Shown: one piece after another, positions 8,530-17,297 of the stretch
How positions within the stretch are numbered: the first letter of the stretch is position 1
Layout of the letters: every line of letters starts with the position of its first letter
Origin: Patescibacteria group bacterium
GTDB taxonomy: Bacteria > Patescibacteriota > Minisyncoccia > Phycocordibacterales > UBA9973
Reading direction: 5' to 3'
NCBI GenBank assembly: GCA_038063915.1
Contig: JBBTUE010000004.1
Span: forward strand, 1 to 36,718
Length of the DNA: 36,718 nucleotides
Notes under the pieces: generated by a model
Told to the model about the DNA's origin: nothing
Databases searched by the model: none
Seen by the model: only the letters and a program-made list of their open reading frames with translations
Made by a program: the position numbers and the translations under genes

Positions 8530-8850
8530 ATGGCAACAACTAAAACAAAATCAAAAAAAGATGAAAAGAAAGTGGAAGAGACACACCCACTTATTTTAGG
8601 TGCACGTATAACTGAGAAGTCATCAAAAGGTGCCGACCAAGGTATCTATACTTTTAATGTCAGAGAAGATGCTAATAAAAGTGAAATAAAAAAGGCCATC
8701 AAGAAATTATATAAAGTAGAACCTACCAAGATTTCCATAACTAAAATTACCCCAAAGACTGTAGTTAGACGTGGTATTATCGGCACAAAGCAAGGTGGAA
8801 AGAAAGCCGTCGTTTTCTTGAAGAAGGGAGATAAAATAGCATTTGTATAA
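8530..8850 (+). CDS. rplW: 50S ribosomal protein L23
   Basis: ITEKS, ANKSEIKKAI, KKAVVFLKKG; position after rplD. Confidence 0.96.
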   Translation: MATTKTKSKKDEKKVEETHPLILGARITEKSSKGADQGIYTFNVREDANKSEIKKAIKKLYKVEPTKISITKITPKTVVRRGIIGTKQGGKKAVVFLKKGDKIAFV

Positions 8851-8851
8851 T

Positions 8852-9700
8852 ATGAAAACTTATAAACCTACAACTCCATCAAAGCGACACCAGACTACTG
8901 TTTCCTACAGAAATGTTTTAACTACAAGTACTCCCCAGAAATCTCTGACTCGAGGATTCAAGAGGTCTGTCGGGCGCAATAATCAGGGCCGCATTACTAC
9001 TCGCCACAAAGGTGGTGGGCACAAGCGACTATATCGCGAGATAGATTTTATGTACAACAAGCGCGATATCCCTGCTACTATTTCGTCTATCGAATACGAT
9101 CCAAATCGTAATGCATTCATCGGGCTTGCAGTTTATGCCGATGGCGAAAAGCGCTACGCGATAATTCCAAAATCTGTAAAAGTTGGAGATAAATTTATAG
9201 TCGGCGAGAAAGTTCCACTAACTACTGCGAATCGCCTACCACTTAAACTTATACCAGTCGGAACCTTTGTTTACAATGTTGAAATCAAGCCCGGTAACGG
9301 CGCGAAGCTTGCCAGATCCGCAGGAGTATTTGCTCAAGTAGTTGCAAACGACAGCGGGTATACAAATATTAAAATGCCATCAACAGAAGTACGTAAAGTC
9401 TCGGAGAACTGCTACGCATGTATTGGTGAAGTTTCAAACTCAGAATACAAACTTCAGAATTTCGGTAAAGCTGGACGCTCACGTTGGAAAGGTATCCGCC
9501 CAACAGTGAGAGGTACAGCCATGAACCCAGTTGATCATCCACACGGAGGTGGTGAAGGCAGACAAGGACGAGGACTCCGTAGAGCGAAAACTATGTGGGG
9601 CAAACCATCAGGAAAGGGTCAGAAGACCCGTACTCCAAAGAAGTACTCAAACATGTGGATAGTTTCCCGCCGACGCGTAGGAAAAGCAAAGAAAGCGTAA
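8852..9700 (+). CDS. rplB: 50S ribosomal protein L2
   Basis: GRNNQGRITTRHKGGGHKRLYREIDF, IEYDPNR, RGTAMNPVDHPHGGGEG; ATG at 8852. Confidence 0.99.
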   Translation: MKTYKPTTPSKRHQTTVSYRNVLTTSTPQKSLTRGFKRSVGRNNQGRITTRHKGGGHKRLYREIDFMYNKRDIPATISSIEYDPNRNAFIGLAVYADGEKRYAIIPKSVKVGDKFIVGEKVPLTTANRLPLKLIPVGTFVYNVEIKPGNGAKLARSAGVFAQVVANDSGYTNIKMPSTEVRKVSENCYACIGEVSNSEYKLQNFGKAGRSRWKGIRPTVRGTAMNPVDHPHGGGEGRQGRGLRRAKTMWGKPSGKGQKTRTPKKYSNMWIVSRRRVGKAKKA

Positions 9701-9708
9701 AATACTCA

Positions 9709-9740
9709 AACAAAAAATACCCATATGGGTATTTTTTGTT
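9709..9740 (+). terminator. Terminator after rplB (32-bp perfect palindrome)
   Basis: AACAAAAAATACCCAT|ATGGGTATTTTTTGTT. Confidence 0.85.
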
Positions 9741-9777
9741 GGTACAAAATTAGATAAGTAGTATAATAAATTAATAC

Positions 9778-10431
9778 ATGGCTAATCAACAGCTCACAGA
9801 GTATATAGAAACAGTCCAAGCACAAGGTTTTTCTGAGCCTATGATACGAGATGTCTTGGCAAAGAATGGCTGGCAAACTCAAGATGTGAATGATGCCTTC
9901 TCTTACCTAAAACTTGAGAAAGATACGTTAGTTTCCTCTGCGCCTGTTGCTCCTAATATGGCTGGAGCTATCCCTAATGATTCTCTGAGAAAAGAGCAAA
10001 ATATATCTAATATTTTTGATAAGCCTGCGGAAAATAAAGCGTTTGAATATAATTCGCCTTTTAGTGTTGGACTCGCTATTGTTCTTTTTGGTGCACTCCT
10101 TATTCTTATAAATAAGATTATTGATGATAGTGGCTCATTTACTTCTAGCATAAACGGTAAATTAGTTTTCGATGCACTTTTGATATTACCGTTTCTACTG
10201 ATGGCGTTTATTTTGCATGGTTCATTTCATAGTCAAGAGAAGAAAAATTTCCTAATTCTATCGCAACCATATTTTCTAGTCTCAGCCCTCCTACTTGTAA
10301 GATTACTCTGGGATACCAGTAGATATATCTTGGATAAAAACGCGACCTATGGAGTATATATAGTCCTCGCACTTATTATCATAGTACTAACAGGGGTCAT
10401 TATTTTTATCCAGAAATATATAAAAAATTAA
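9778..10431 (+). CDS. Membrane protein: small N-terminal helical domain plus 4-TM domain
   Basis: N-terminal QLTEYI...GFSEPMIRDVLAKNGW..QDVNDAF helical motif; four hydrophobic segments; TATAAT 10 nt upstream. Confidence 0.8.
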   Translation: MANQQLTEYIETVQAQGFSEPMIRDVLAKNGWQTQDVNDAFSYLKLEKDTLVSSAPVAPNMAGAIPNDSLRKEQNISNIFDKPAENKAFEYNSPFSVGLAIVLFGALLILINKIIDDSGSFTSSINGKLVFDALLILPFLLMAFILHGSFHSQEKKNFLILSQPYFLVSALLLVRLLWDTSRYILDKNATYGVYIVLALIIIVLTGVIIFIQKYIKN

Positions 10432-10435
10432 TCAT

Positions 10436-10885
10436 ATGTCCTCATTAGTCAAAGAACAAAATAGTAACGTATTTAAAACAAAGTTCACCACAGCCGGAGG
10501 GTTTATCGTCACCCTCCTTGGACTCGCTATTCTCGCACTCATGGAGCGTGTACTCTATGATGCTGGACGATTGATGGTGTCGCCACCACTAGACTACCTA
10601 GATAATGGTGGAGTAATAGTTGTCCACGGAGTTATCATAATATTGTTTCTTGTCATTGCACTTGTGACCAACGTTTCTATCTCTAGTAGTAAAGAGCGCT
10701 ATGCGATCGCTCTCGTGCCGTATTATGTAGTCAGTATAATTTTGGCATGTCAGCTCCTATTCCAGATTAGTGTCTACTTCTACAATCATCATACGACATT
10801 TCAATTCTATGTAGTAATGATTGCATTAATAGCAGTCTGTACTTATGGTATTTACCATATACAAAAGCGACGCATAATAGCGTAG
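10436..10885 (+). CDS. 4-TM membrane protein, apparent paralog of the TM domain of 9778-10431
   Basis: Shared D.G, PY(F/Y).VS, LL(W/F)..S.Y, Y(I/V)V and IQK motifs in the same register. Confidence 0.8.
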   Translation: MSSLVKEQNSNVFKTKFTTAGGFIVTLLGLAILALMERVLYDAGRLMVSPPLDYLDNGGVIVVHGVIIILFLVIALVTNVSISSSKERYAIALVPYYVVSIILACQLLFQISVYFYNHHTTFQFYVVMIALIAVCTYGIYHIQKRRIIA

Positions 10886-10893
10886 ATAAAAAT

Positions 10894-11229
10894 ATGGAAC
10901 CAACGCTTACAACTCCTCCTCCTGTGCCACTTCCACCAATCGGTGCTTCTACGGTAAAGGATTTTCGTAAGTCAAAGTTTATACTTGTGCTCGCATACAT
11001 TCAACTCGGATTATTTGTATTTTCTCTGATTAGCAATATGGCTAGAGTTCACTTGCCGTTCTTAAGTATCTCTCCTTCAATTATCTTTTTAATACCTTCT
11101 CTACTTGTCGTCTTTACCAAAAGCAAAGGTGTCTACAAAGTCGCAAGGATCCTATTGATCATCGAGTACCTCCTTATTCCACTTTTTATAATCGGATTCC
11201 TATTTTTACTCTCTAGTATGCATTGGTAA
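10894..11229 (+). CDS. Small 3-TM membrane protein with Pro-rich N-terminus
   Basis: Hydrophobic segments; operon-like spacing. Confidence 0.7.
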   Translation: MEPTLTTPPPVPLPPIGASTVKDFRKSKFILVLAYIQLGLFVFSLISNMARVHLPFLSISPSIIFLIPSLLVVFTKSKGVYKVARILLIIEYLLIPLFIIGFLFLLSSMHW

Positions 11230-11231
11230 TT

Positions 11232-11627
11232 ATGGAAAATAATTTATCTGAAAAAAGACGTTTCTCCATAGTATCTAGATTAAAGAGCACTAATCATGCA
11301 TTTAGAGGTGTGCTTATTTTTATAAAAAGTACTCACAATGCTTGGGTCCATATATTTTTCTCAGTTCTTGTAGTATACCTAGGTTTTACTTTAAATATAT
11401 CTTCCATTGAATGGGTTTTGATTATATTTGCGATTGGACTTGTAATACTAGCCGAGACAATTAATACTGCGATTGAAATAGATATAGATCTAACCAGTCC
11501 GACCTATCATCCATATGCTCGCGACACCAAAGATGTTGCCGCTGGAGCGGTCCTAATTACTGTGCTTATTGCTGGAATCACTGGGCTGATAATTTTCTTA
11601 CCAAAAATAATCTTGCTTATAAAGTAA
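11232..11627 (+). CDS. dgkA: Diacylglycerol/undecaprenol kinase family protein
   Basis: AFRG, ETINTAIE...D, KDVAAGAVL motifs; three TM helices. Confidence 0.9.
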   Translation: MENNLSEKRRFSIVSRLKSTNHAFRGVLIFIKSTHNAWVHIFFSVLVVYLGFTLNISSIEWVLIIFAIGLVILAETINTAIEIDIDLTSPTYHPYARDTKDVAAGAVLITVLIAGITGLIIFLPKIILLIK

Positions 11628-11658
11628 AAAACTTCTGGATTCCTCCAGAAGTTTTTTT
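11626..11658. terminator. Bidirectional terminator between convergent dgkA and pyrE
   Basis: AAAAAACTTCTGGA-TTCC-TCCAGAAGTTTTTT. Confidence 0.85.
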
Positions 11659-11689
11659 ATTCCATTTATTTCTACTAGCTATGCCAGTA

Positions 11690-12688
11690 TTATCCCTTCA
11701 CTGAAGGGAAGCCATTCTCATCTCCCCAGTTCGGCTGGTTGTCGTACCAGTCCCATAATTTTTTCTCGTCATCAAATGGCAAGTTTCCTGAGTGACGAAA
11801 TTCAGCGATGATCTGCTTGAAGTTCAACACTGATCTTAAATACAACCCTTTTGCTGTAAAGCTATTCTTTGAACTTTTCAGTTCGTAATCAAAAATCGAA
11901 ACAGGTATAATTGCTGTTCCATAACCAATCAATGCTAAGAACTCTTTCAGGCTGGATTCGCCAGTGCTAACGAGGTCTTCAAGTCCCACAATTGTCTTAC
12001 CACCAATGTCTTTCTCTGTTAGCCGTTTGATAAAATTATCAATAAATAGCGTCCAGGATTTTGGATTCAAGTCCAGACCTGCTTCCATCAAGGCCTTCTC
12101 AGCCTCTTCAGTATATGGAGACATCCCAGCATATGCAGGATCTATAAGGACTACTGTCTTTCCTATCTCCACAATACCCTCAATTTGCAATCCAAGGCCA
12201 TGATCTTTCTTTTCCTTTCGCACAAATAGGAAAGGTTTTTCTGCTTCTTCAGCCATCATCAAGCCGCAGACAATACCCATTGGAACTGTGCCGGCAAATA
12301 CATCGGTATCTTGCATAAGACGGGTGATACTCCCTTTTATAAAAGCTTTTAAATTGGGAATGTCCACCAGATAGTACTCATCTTTTATCTTAAGAAGAAG
12401 AGGTTTATTTATCTCCATGGCAAGTAATACTGCTGGAGCGATACCAGCCGTCGGGATACCATAGACCCAATCAATAATAAAAAGCTCGTCTTTTTTTATC
12501 AATGAAGCCAATGCCTTCCGTAGGCTTTTTCTTGCCTCTACACTTGATTGCAAGGCTCGGTTATTTACGTAAGGTGGGTTCCGAGTTCCACTTGCCCAAA
12601 GCTTGGGTTTGAGGAAGTTGTATCCAAAGGCGCCAAGGCTGATTAAAAATTTAGCAATTATACTTGCGAAGGTCGATGTCTTTTGCAT
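11690..12688 (-). CDS. pyrE: Orotate phosphoribosyltransferase-like protein with an internal duplicated PRT core (332 aa)
   Basis: Hood WASG..NPPYVNNR, GIPTAGI, VRKEKKDHG..QIEG loop, EDLVSTG PRPP loop; next to pyrC/pyrD. ATG at 12688 is preferred because the TTG at 12751 is the -35 element. Confidence 0.85.
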   Translation of the reverse strand: MQKTSTFASIIAKFLISLGAFGYNFLKPKLWASGTRNPPYVNNRALQSSVEARKSLRKALASLIKKDELFIIDWVYGIPTAGIAPAVLLAMEINKPLLLKIKDEYYLVDIPNLKAFIKGSITRLMQDTDVFAGTVPMGIVCGLMMAEEAEKPFLFVRKEKKDHGLGLQIEGIVEIGKTVVLIDPAYAGMSPYTEEAEKALMEAGLDLNPKSWTLFIDNFIKRLTEKDIGGKTIVGLEDLVSTGESSLKEFLALIGYGTAIIPVSIFDYELKSSKNSFTAKGLYLRSVLNFKQIIAEFRHSGNLPFDDEKKLWDWYDNQPNWGDENGFPSVKG

Positions 12689-12723
12689 AGTAGTTGATTT
12701 AAATGAATTGAGAATTTTTCTTA

Positions 12724-12751
12724 ATCCTACCTTACTCACATTTTTTGTCAA
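12724..12751 (-). promoter_or_regulatory. Promoter for pyrE
   Basis: TTGACA-16 nt-TAGGAT. Confidence 0.7.
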
Positions 12752-12753
12752 AT

Positions 12754-12782
12754 AAAAATCCTGCTCGTTTCCAAGCAGGATT
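12754..12782 (-). terminator. Terminator after pyrC
   Basis: AATCCTGCT/AGCAGGATT stem with a T tract on the minus strand. Confidence 0.75.
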
Positions 12783-12804
12783 AATATAATAATATAGGAA
12801 CAAT

Positions 12805-14151
12805 TTAGCGGTTAAACTCCAGTCTCTTTCCCATTTTGTATTCATTAAAATGACCGTTGTCGTAAGCCAGGTGCCCATTCACAAATGTATGGGTTATTAC
12901 TGAATGAAACCTTTTTCCTTCAAAAGGACTCCAGCTACATTTTGAGAGAATATTTTCTTTACCGACAGTGTAGTGCTTATCCATATCTACTAGCACTAAG
13001 TCAGCAAAGTATCCCTCCTTAATGAAACCCCGACGGTCAATATCGAACATGATTGCAGGATTGTTGCACATTTTCTCCACAATCTTTTGCTTACTAATCT
13101 TGCCGGCAATGGCAAACTCAAGCATCAAATTGAGAGAATGTTGTACCAAAGGTATTCCTGACGGAGCTTTGGTGTACAATTGGGATTTTTCATCCCATGT
13201 ATGCGGTGCATGGTCTGTGGCAATAACGTCGATAAGGTCATCAAGTACGGCGTTAAAAATTGCTTCCCTGTCCTGTTCGGTTTTGATGGCCGGGTTACAC
13301 TTTATCAGATTACCTAACGTCTCGTAGTCCTTATCAGAGAAATACAAATGATGTACGCATGCTTCGGCTGTGATCTTCTTTTCCATCAATGGAATATCGT
13401 TACGGAAAAGCTTCAACTCGTTTGCGGTGCTTATATGAAGGACATGCAACCTTGTCCCATATTTTTTAGCAAGCTGGACGGCAAAAGCAGAGGAACTATA
13501 GCAAACACCATGATCTCTTATAATTGGATGAAATACTGCTGTCAGGTAATTTTCACCATACTTAGCAATGGTTTTTCCCAAGTTCATTTTCATAAGGACT
13601 TCATCCTCACAATGTGTTGCAATTAACATCTTTATATTCGCAAAGATTTTTTCCAAACACTCCGGACTATCTACCAGCATATTACCAGTGCTACTTCCCA
13701 TGAAAATTTTTACTCCGCAAACTTTCTTAGGGTCAACTTTCAACAACTCGTCAAAGTTATCGTTAGTTGTGCCCATGTAGAATGAGTAGTTTGCAAGTGA
13801 TCGCCCCCTAGCGATATTATACTTGTCTTCGAGCAACTGAATTGTTGTAGCTGGAGGGGAAGTATTAGGCATTTCCATATAACTGGTCACACCACCAGCA
13901 ACTGCTGCTTTAGCTTCAGTATAAATTTCAGCTTTGTGGGTGAGACCCGGCTCACGAAAGTGTACCTGATCATCAATAAGTCCAGGGAATAAATATTTTC
14001 CTGTTCCATCGATAATCACTGCGCCGGAAGAGTTTACAGAATTTGGCTTCCCGATCTGACTTATGAGCTCATCTACGATAAGTACATCGGCCTTGCGTCC
14101 AGGTATATGACCAAAGACAACATGAACGTTCTGGATAAGTATTTTCTTCAT
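12805..14151 (-). CDS. pyrC: Dihydroorotase (long amidohydrolase type)
   Basis: PGLIDDQVHFREPG, GGVTSYMEMPNT, KIFMGSSTG, HCEDE, HVLHIST, KCNPAIK, IATDHAPH. Confidence 0.95.
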   Translation of the reverse strand: MKKILIQNVHVVFGHIPGRKADVLIVDELISQIGKPNSVNSSGAVIIDGTGKYLFPGLIDDQVHFREPGLTHKAEIYTEAKAAVAGGVTSYMEMPNTSPPATTIQLLEDKYNIARGRSLANYSFYMGTTNDNFDELLKVDPKKVCGVKIFMGSSTGNMLVDSPECLEKIFANIKMLIATHCEDEVLMKMNLGKTIAKYGENYLTAVFHPIIRDHGVCYSSSAFAVQLAKKYGTRLHVLHISTANELKLFRNDIPLMEKKITAEACVHHLYFSDKDYETLGNLIKCNPAIKTEQDREAIFNAVLDDLIDVIATDHAPHTWDEKSQLYTKAPSGIPLVQHSLNLMLEFAIAGKISKQKIVEKMCNNPAIMFDIDRRGFIKEGYFADLVLVDMDKHYTVGKENILSKCSWSPFEGKRFHSVITHTFVNGHLAYDNGHFNEYKMGKRLEFNR

Positions 14152-14184
14152 AACTAGAGTTTTATTGTTTTTTGAATTTTCTTC

Positions 14185-14213
14185 ATCCTATGCCTTTTGC
14201 ATCCAAAATGCAA
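14185..14213 (-). promoter_or_regulatory. Promoter for pyrC
   Basis: TTGCAT-17 nt-TAGGAT. Confidence 0.65.
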
Positions 14214-14214
14214 G

Positions 14215-14251
14215 AAAAAATCCCGGGGTGCAATACTGCATCTCGGGATTT
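14215..14251 (-). terminator. Terminator after pyrD
   Basis: AAATCCCGGGGTGCA-ATAC-TGCATCTCGGGATTT imperfect inverted repeat with a T tract on the minus strand. Confidence 0.7.
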
Positions 14252-14268
14252 ATAAATAGGGTCTAATA

Positions 14269-15252
14269 TTAACTTGTCATCAAGGATTTGTAGCATTCTT
14301 TTATAATACCTTTTACTGCCCAAGGTTTTATAAATGCAACAGTCCCGATAGATATTGCCTTAACATTCGGAAAACCACAAAGGACTCTTACATTGTCCTT
14401 TGACATTACTCCACCACCAGCAATTATCGGTTTAGTGTGAGTATTCAGCATACTGAATCTCGTAAGCCACTTTTCAACTACAGGGAAAATTGGTGCACCG
14501 GATAATCCACCGCTCGTATATCCTCTAAATACAAGTGGTGACTTGTCATGTATGGAATATTTACTCCACTTTATTTCTTTTGGGAACTCCCCGTAGGGAA
14601 TACTGTTTGAGAAGCAAAGGGCATCACAGTATTTGTGCTCCATTATTTCATGCGCAATTTGAGGTAGAAGCACTGCATTTATCTTTGGCACTAAGGGTAT
14701 TTCAAGCTCACCCAAAATGTCGAGGATTTGAGATGCTTCTCCGGTTAACTCCTTCTGACTATGCCCAGTATTAGGACAAGAAATATTTACCTGCAAGGCA
14801 AACTTTGCCATAAACTTTGGTAAATGTTTTTTCAAAAGACTTACGAATTCACGGGTCTCAGCGATACGTTCGTCCCTCGTTTTTCTTATCGGCATGAACG
14901 AAAGCATGAAAGGCTGAGTCCTTTGTTGCCAGATACCTCTTAACAGTAAACTTTTAAACCCTGGATTACTCAGCCCTACTGCATTTAAAGCAGCACCTTT
15001 TAGGGGCATGGGATATATAGCATCAGGTAGAAATTTTTTAAAGGCAAAACCTCCAAGGTCGAGCCTCACATTTCCTTTATTGAAGTCAACTGTCGCTGTC
15101 TTTGCGACGAAATCCATATTTTTAAATATATCACCCCAGATCATTTTAATAATTCTACTGTGCTTATATTCGGGATAAGAAGGGTTTCCATAAAACCCTT
15201 GTACCCCAGACGCACCAAGCGCCGGACCGAAATAGATATTTCTTAATATCAT
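14269..15252 (-). CDS. pyrD: Dihydroorotate dehydrogenase, class 1-like (Cys base)
   Basis: ASG, KTAT...GN, LNAVGLSNPG, VNISCPNT, GGLSGAPI, IIAGGGV, IGT motifs. Confidence 0.9.
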   Translation of the reverse strand: MILRNIYFGPALGASGVQGFYGNPSYPEYKHSRIIKMIWGDIFKNMDFVAKTATVDFNKGNVRLDLGGFAFKKFLPDAIYPMPLKGAALNAVGLSNPGFKSLLLRGIWQQRTQPFMLSFMPIRKTRDERIAETREFVSLLKKHLPKFMAKFALQVNISCPNTGHSQKELTGEASQILDILGELEIPLVPKINAVLLPQIAHEIMEHKYCDALCFSNSIPYGEFPKEIKWSKYSIHDKSPLVFRGYTSGGLSGAPIFPVVEKWLTRFSMLNTHTKPIIAGGGVMSKDNVRVLCGFPNVKAISIGTVAFIKPWAVKGIIKECYKSLMTS

Positions 15253-15294
15253 GGTTGAGATTTTTATTTAGAAAATAGCGTTATATTTTCATTT

Positions 15295-15322
15295 ATCCTA
15301 CAGTATTTATCCGCAATGTCAA
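15295..15322 (-). promoter_or_regulatory. Promoter for pyrD with a DnaA-box-like 9-mer in the spacer
   Basis: TTGACA-16 nt-TAGGAT; TTATCCGCA at 15307-15315. Confidence 0.7.
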
Positions 15323-15339
15323 TGAGTATCTATGTGTAT

Positions 15340-15367
15340 TTGACTTTATTCCTAGATTTGTTAGTAT
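15340..15367 (+). promoter_or_regulatory. Promoter re-initiating the r-protein cluster at rpsS
   Basis: TTGACT-16 nt-TAGTAT with TGn; same TAGTATGGA as the tuf promoter. Confidence 0.75.
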
Positions 15368-15403
15368 GGACGGACGAGCTCACAGGAGCTTATTTATATT
15401 GAT

Positions 15404-15745
15404 ATGACACGATCACTCAAAAAAGGCCCATATGTAGACGAAAGGCTCTTGAAGAAGATTGCCGGAAAAAAGCCTATTGAGACAGGAATGATAAAGACCT
15501 GGTCTCGAGCATGCGTTATTTCACCCGAGATGGTGGGGTTTATGTTTGGAGTTCATAATGGCAAGCAACATGTAGAGGTCCTGGTGAGTGAAGATATGGT
15601 AGGGCATCGCTTAGGCGAATTCTCTCCCACCCGCAAGTTCGTCAAGCACGGAGGTAAAATGCAGAAAGAATTAGAAGAGAAGAAGAAAGAAGCCGAGATC
15701 TCCGCAGCAAAATCAGCCAAATCCGCGACCGAAACAAAGAAATAA
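15404..15745 (+). CDS. rpsS: 30S ribosomal protein S19 with C-terminal extension
   Basis: [33 protein letters not shown]. Confidence 0.98.
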   Translation: MTRSLKKGPYVDERLLKKIAGKKPIETGMIKTWSRACVISPEMVGFMFGVHNGKQHVEVLVSEDMVGHRLGEFSPTRKFVKHGGKMQKELEEKKKEAEISAAKSAKSATETKK

Positions 15746-15755
15746 ATTATAAGTA

Positions 15756-16175
15756 ATGAAAGCATTTTTAAAAAACTACAGACAGTCTCCACGCAAGGTT
15801 CGCCTTGTAGGGGAACTCATCAAAGGCAAAAGGGTTGCTGATGCTTTTGTTCAGTTAGGGTCACTACCAAAGCGTGCTACAGGTCCTATAACCAAGCTAC
15901 TTGCTTCAGCTGTAGCTAATGCAAAACAAGCTGGAATATCAGAAGATAACCTTATAATTTCAAGTGTTACAGTAAATAAAGGTATAGTTATGAAGCGTAG
16001 TATGCCTCGCGCACGAGGGAGTGCTTCTCGTATAAACAAGAGGACAAGCCATGTAGCTCTAATCCTTTCCGAGAAAATCGTAGAGAAAAAAGTTAAAAAC
16101 ACCAAAGCAGAAAAAGCTGAGAAAAAAGTAGCAAAACCAAAGGTTAAAAAAGTAATTAAGAAGGAAAGTAAATAA
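15756..16175 (+). CDS. rplV: 50S ribosomal protein L22 with Lys-rich tail
   Basis: RQSPRKVRLV, SAVANA, PRARGSASRINKRTSH. Confidence 0.98.
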   Translation: MKAFLKNYRQSPRKVRLVGELIKGKRVADAFVQLGSLPKRATGPITKLLASAVANAKQAGISEDNLIISSVTVNKGIVMKRSMPRARGSASRINKRTSHVALILSEKIVEKKVKNTKAEKAEKKVAKPKVKKVIKKESK

Positions 16176-16177
16176 TT

Positions 16178-16867
16178 ATGTCAAAAGTTGTCCATCCATA
16201 TGCACATAGGTTAGTAATCATCCGCGACTGGAAGTCACGCTGGTTTGCTGATAAGAAATACAAGACATTACTTGCGAGTGATGTAGTTATCCGAGAGTTC
16301 CTAGTAAAGAAGCTCCGTGGATTCTACGTTTCTCGTATAGAGATAGAGCGCAATGTTAAATCTACTAAAATCATGGTCTATACTTCAAGACCGGGTATGA
16401 TTATCGGTCGCTCTGGTGAAGGTGCCGCGAAAATAAAAACCGAGTTGGTAAGTGCTATGAAGAAGAAGGGTGTCGCTATTCCAGAGGATTTCAAATTTGA
16501 TATTGTCGAGGTTACAAACCCAGATGCTGATGCTGCGATAATCGCATGCTCTATCGCAGAGGGTATTGAAAAGCGCCTCCCATATCGTCGGGTTATAAAG
16601 CAAGCTATAGAGAAAGTCATGGCTGCTCGCGGAGTCAAAGGTGCTCGTATTTATATTGGTGGCCGTTTGGCTGGATCTGAAATCGCACGTTCTGAGCAAA
16701 TAAAGCGAGGATCAATTCCACTTCAGACATTCCGCGCTGACGTAGACTTTGCTCGCGAGAAGGCTCATATGAGTTATGGAGATATTGGAATTAAAGTTTG
16801 GATATATCGTGGAGAAGTATTTAATGCTGAGCCAGGACAAAATACTGATAGAAAGAAAAGTAATTAA
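16178..16867 (+). CDS. rpsC: 30S ribosomal protein S3
   Basis: VHP..RL, RPGMIIGRSG, GRLAGSEIARSE, IPLQTFRADVD, GIKVWI. Confidence 0.98.
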   Translation: MSKVVHPYAHRLVIIRDWKSRWFADKKYKTLLASDVVIREFLVKKLRGFYVSRIEIERNVKSTKIMVYTSRPGMIIGRSGEGAAKIKTELVSAMKKKGVAIPEDFKFDIVEVTNPDADAAIIACSIAEGIEKRLPYRRVIKQAIEKVMAARGVKGARIYIGGRLAGSEIARSEQIKRGSIPLQTFRADVDFAREKAHMSYGDIGIKVWIYRGEVFNAEPGQNTDRKKSN

Positions 16868-16875
16868 TCAATTTT

Positions 16876-17292
16876 ATGTTATTACCCAAAAAAGTAAAAT
16901 TTAGAAAGTGGCACACCAACAGAACGGATATGACGAAAGTCACTCCGGATACTAGAGGTATCACTGTTGCCTTCGGATCATTTGGACTAAAAGCTACAAG
17001 TGGTGGACGTATCCGCTCAAATCAGCTAGAATCAGCTCGCAAGGTTACATCTCGTACTATCGGTAAGACTGGCCGTATGTGGATTCGCGTATTCCCAGAT
17101 AGACCTTTTACAGCTAAACCTGCAGAGGTAGGAATGGGAAAGGGTAAGGGTGATCCGCAGGGCTACTGTCTAGATGTGCGTCCAGGCCGAGTACTTTTTG
17201 AAGTGGACGGAGTAACAGAGGCAGTCGCCAAAGAGGCACTTCGCAAAGCTGGAACCAAATTACCAGTAACTACTCGAGTTGTGGCAAGATAA
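16876..17292 (+). CDS. rplP: 50S ribosomal protein L16
   Basis: [30 protein letters not shown]. Confidence 0.98.
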   Translation: MLLPKKVKFRKWHTNRTDMTKVTPDTRGITVAFGSFGLKATSGGRIRSNQLESARKVTSRTIGKTGRMWIRVFPDRPFTAKPAEVGMGKGKGDPQGYCLDVRPGRVLFEVDGVTEAVAKEALRKAGTKLPVTTRVVAR

Positions 17293-17297
17293 CTATT

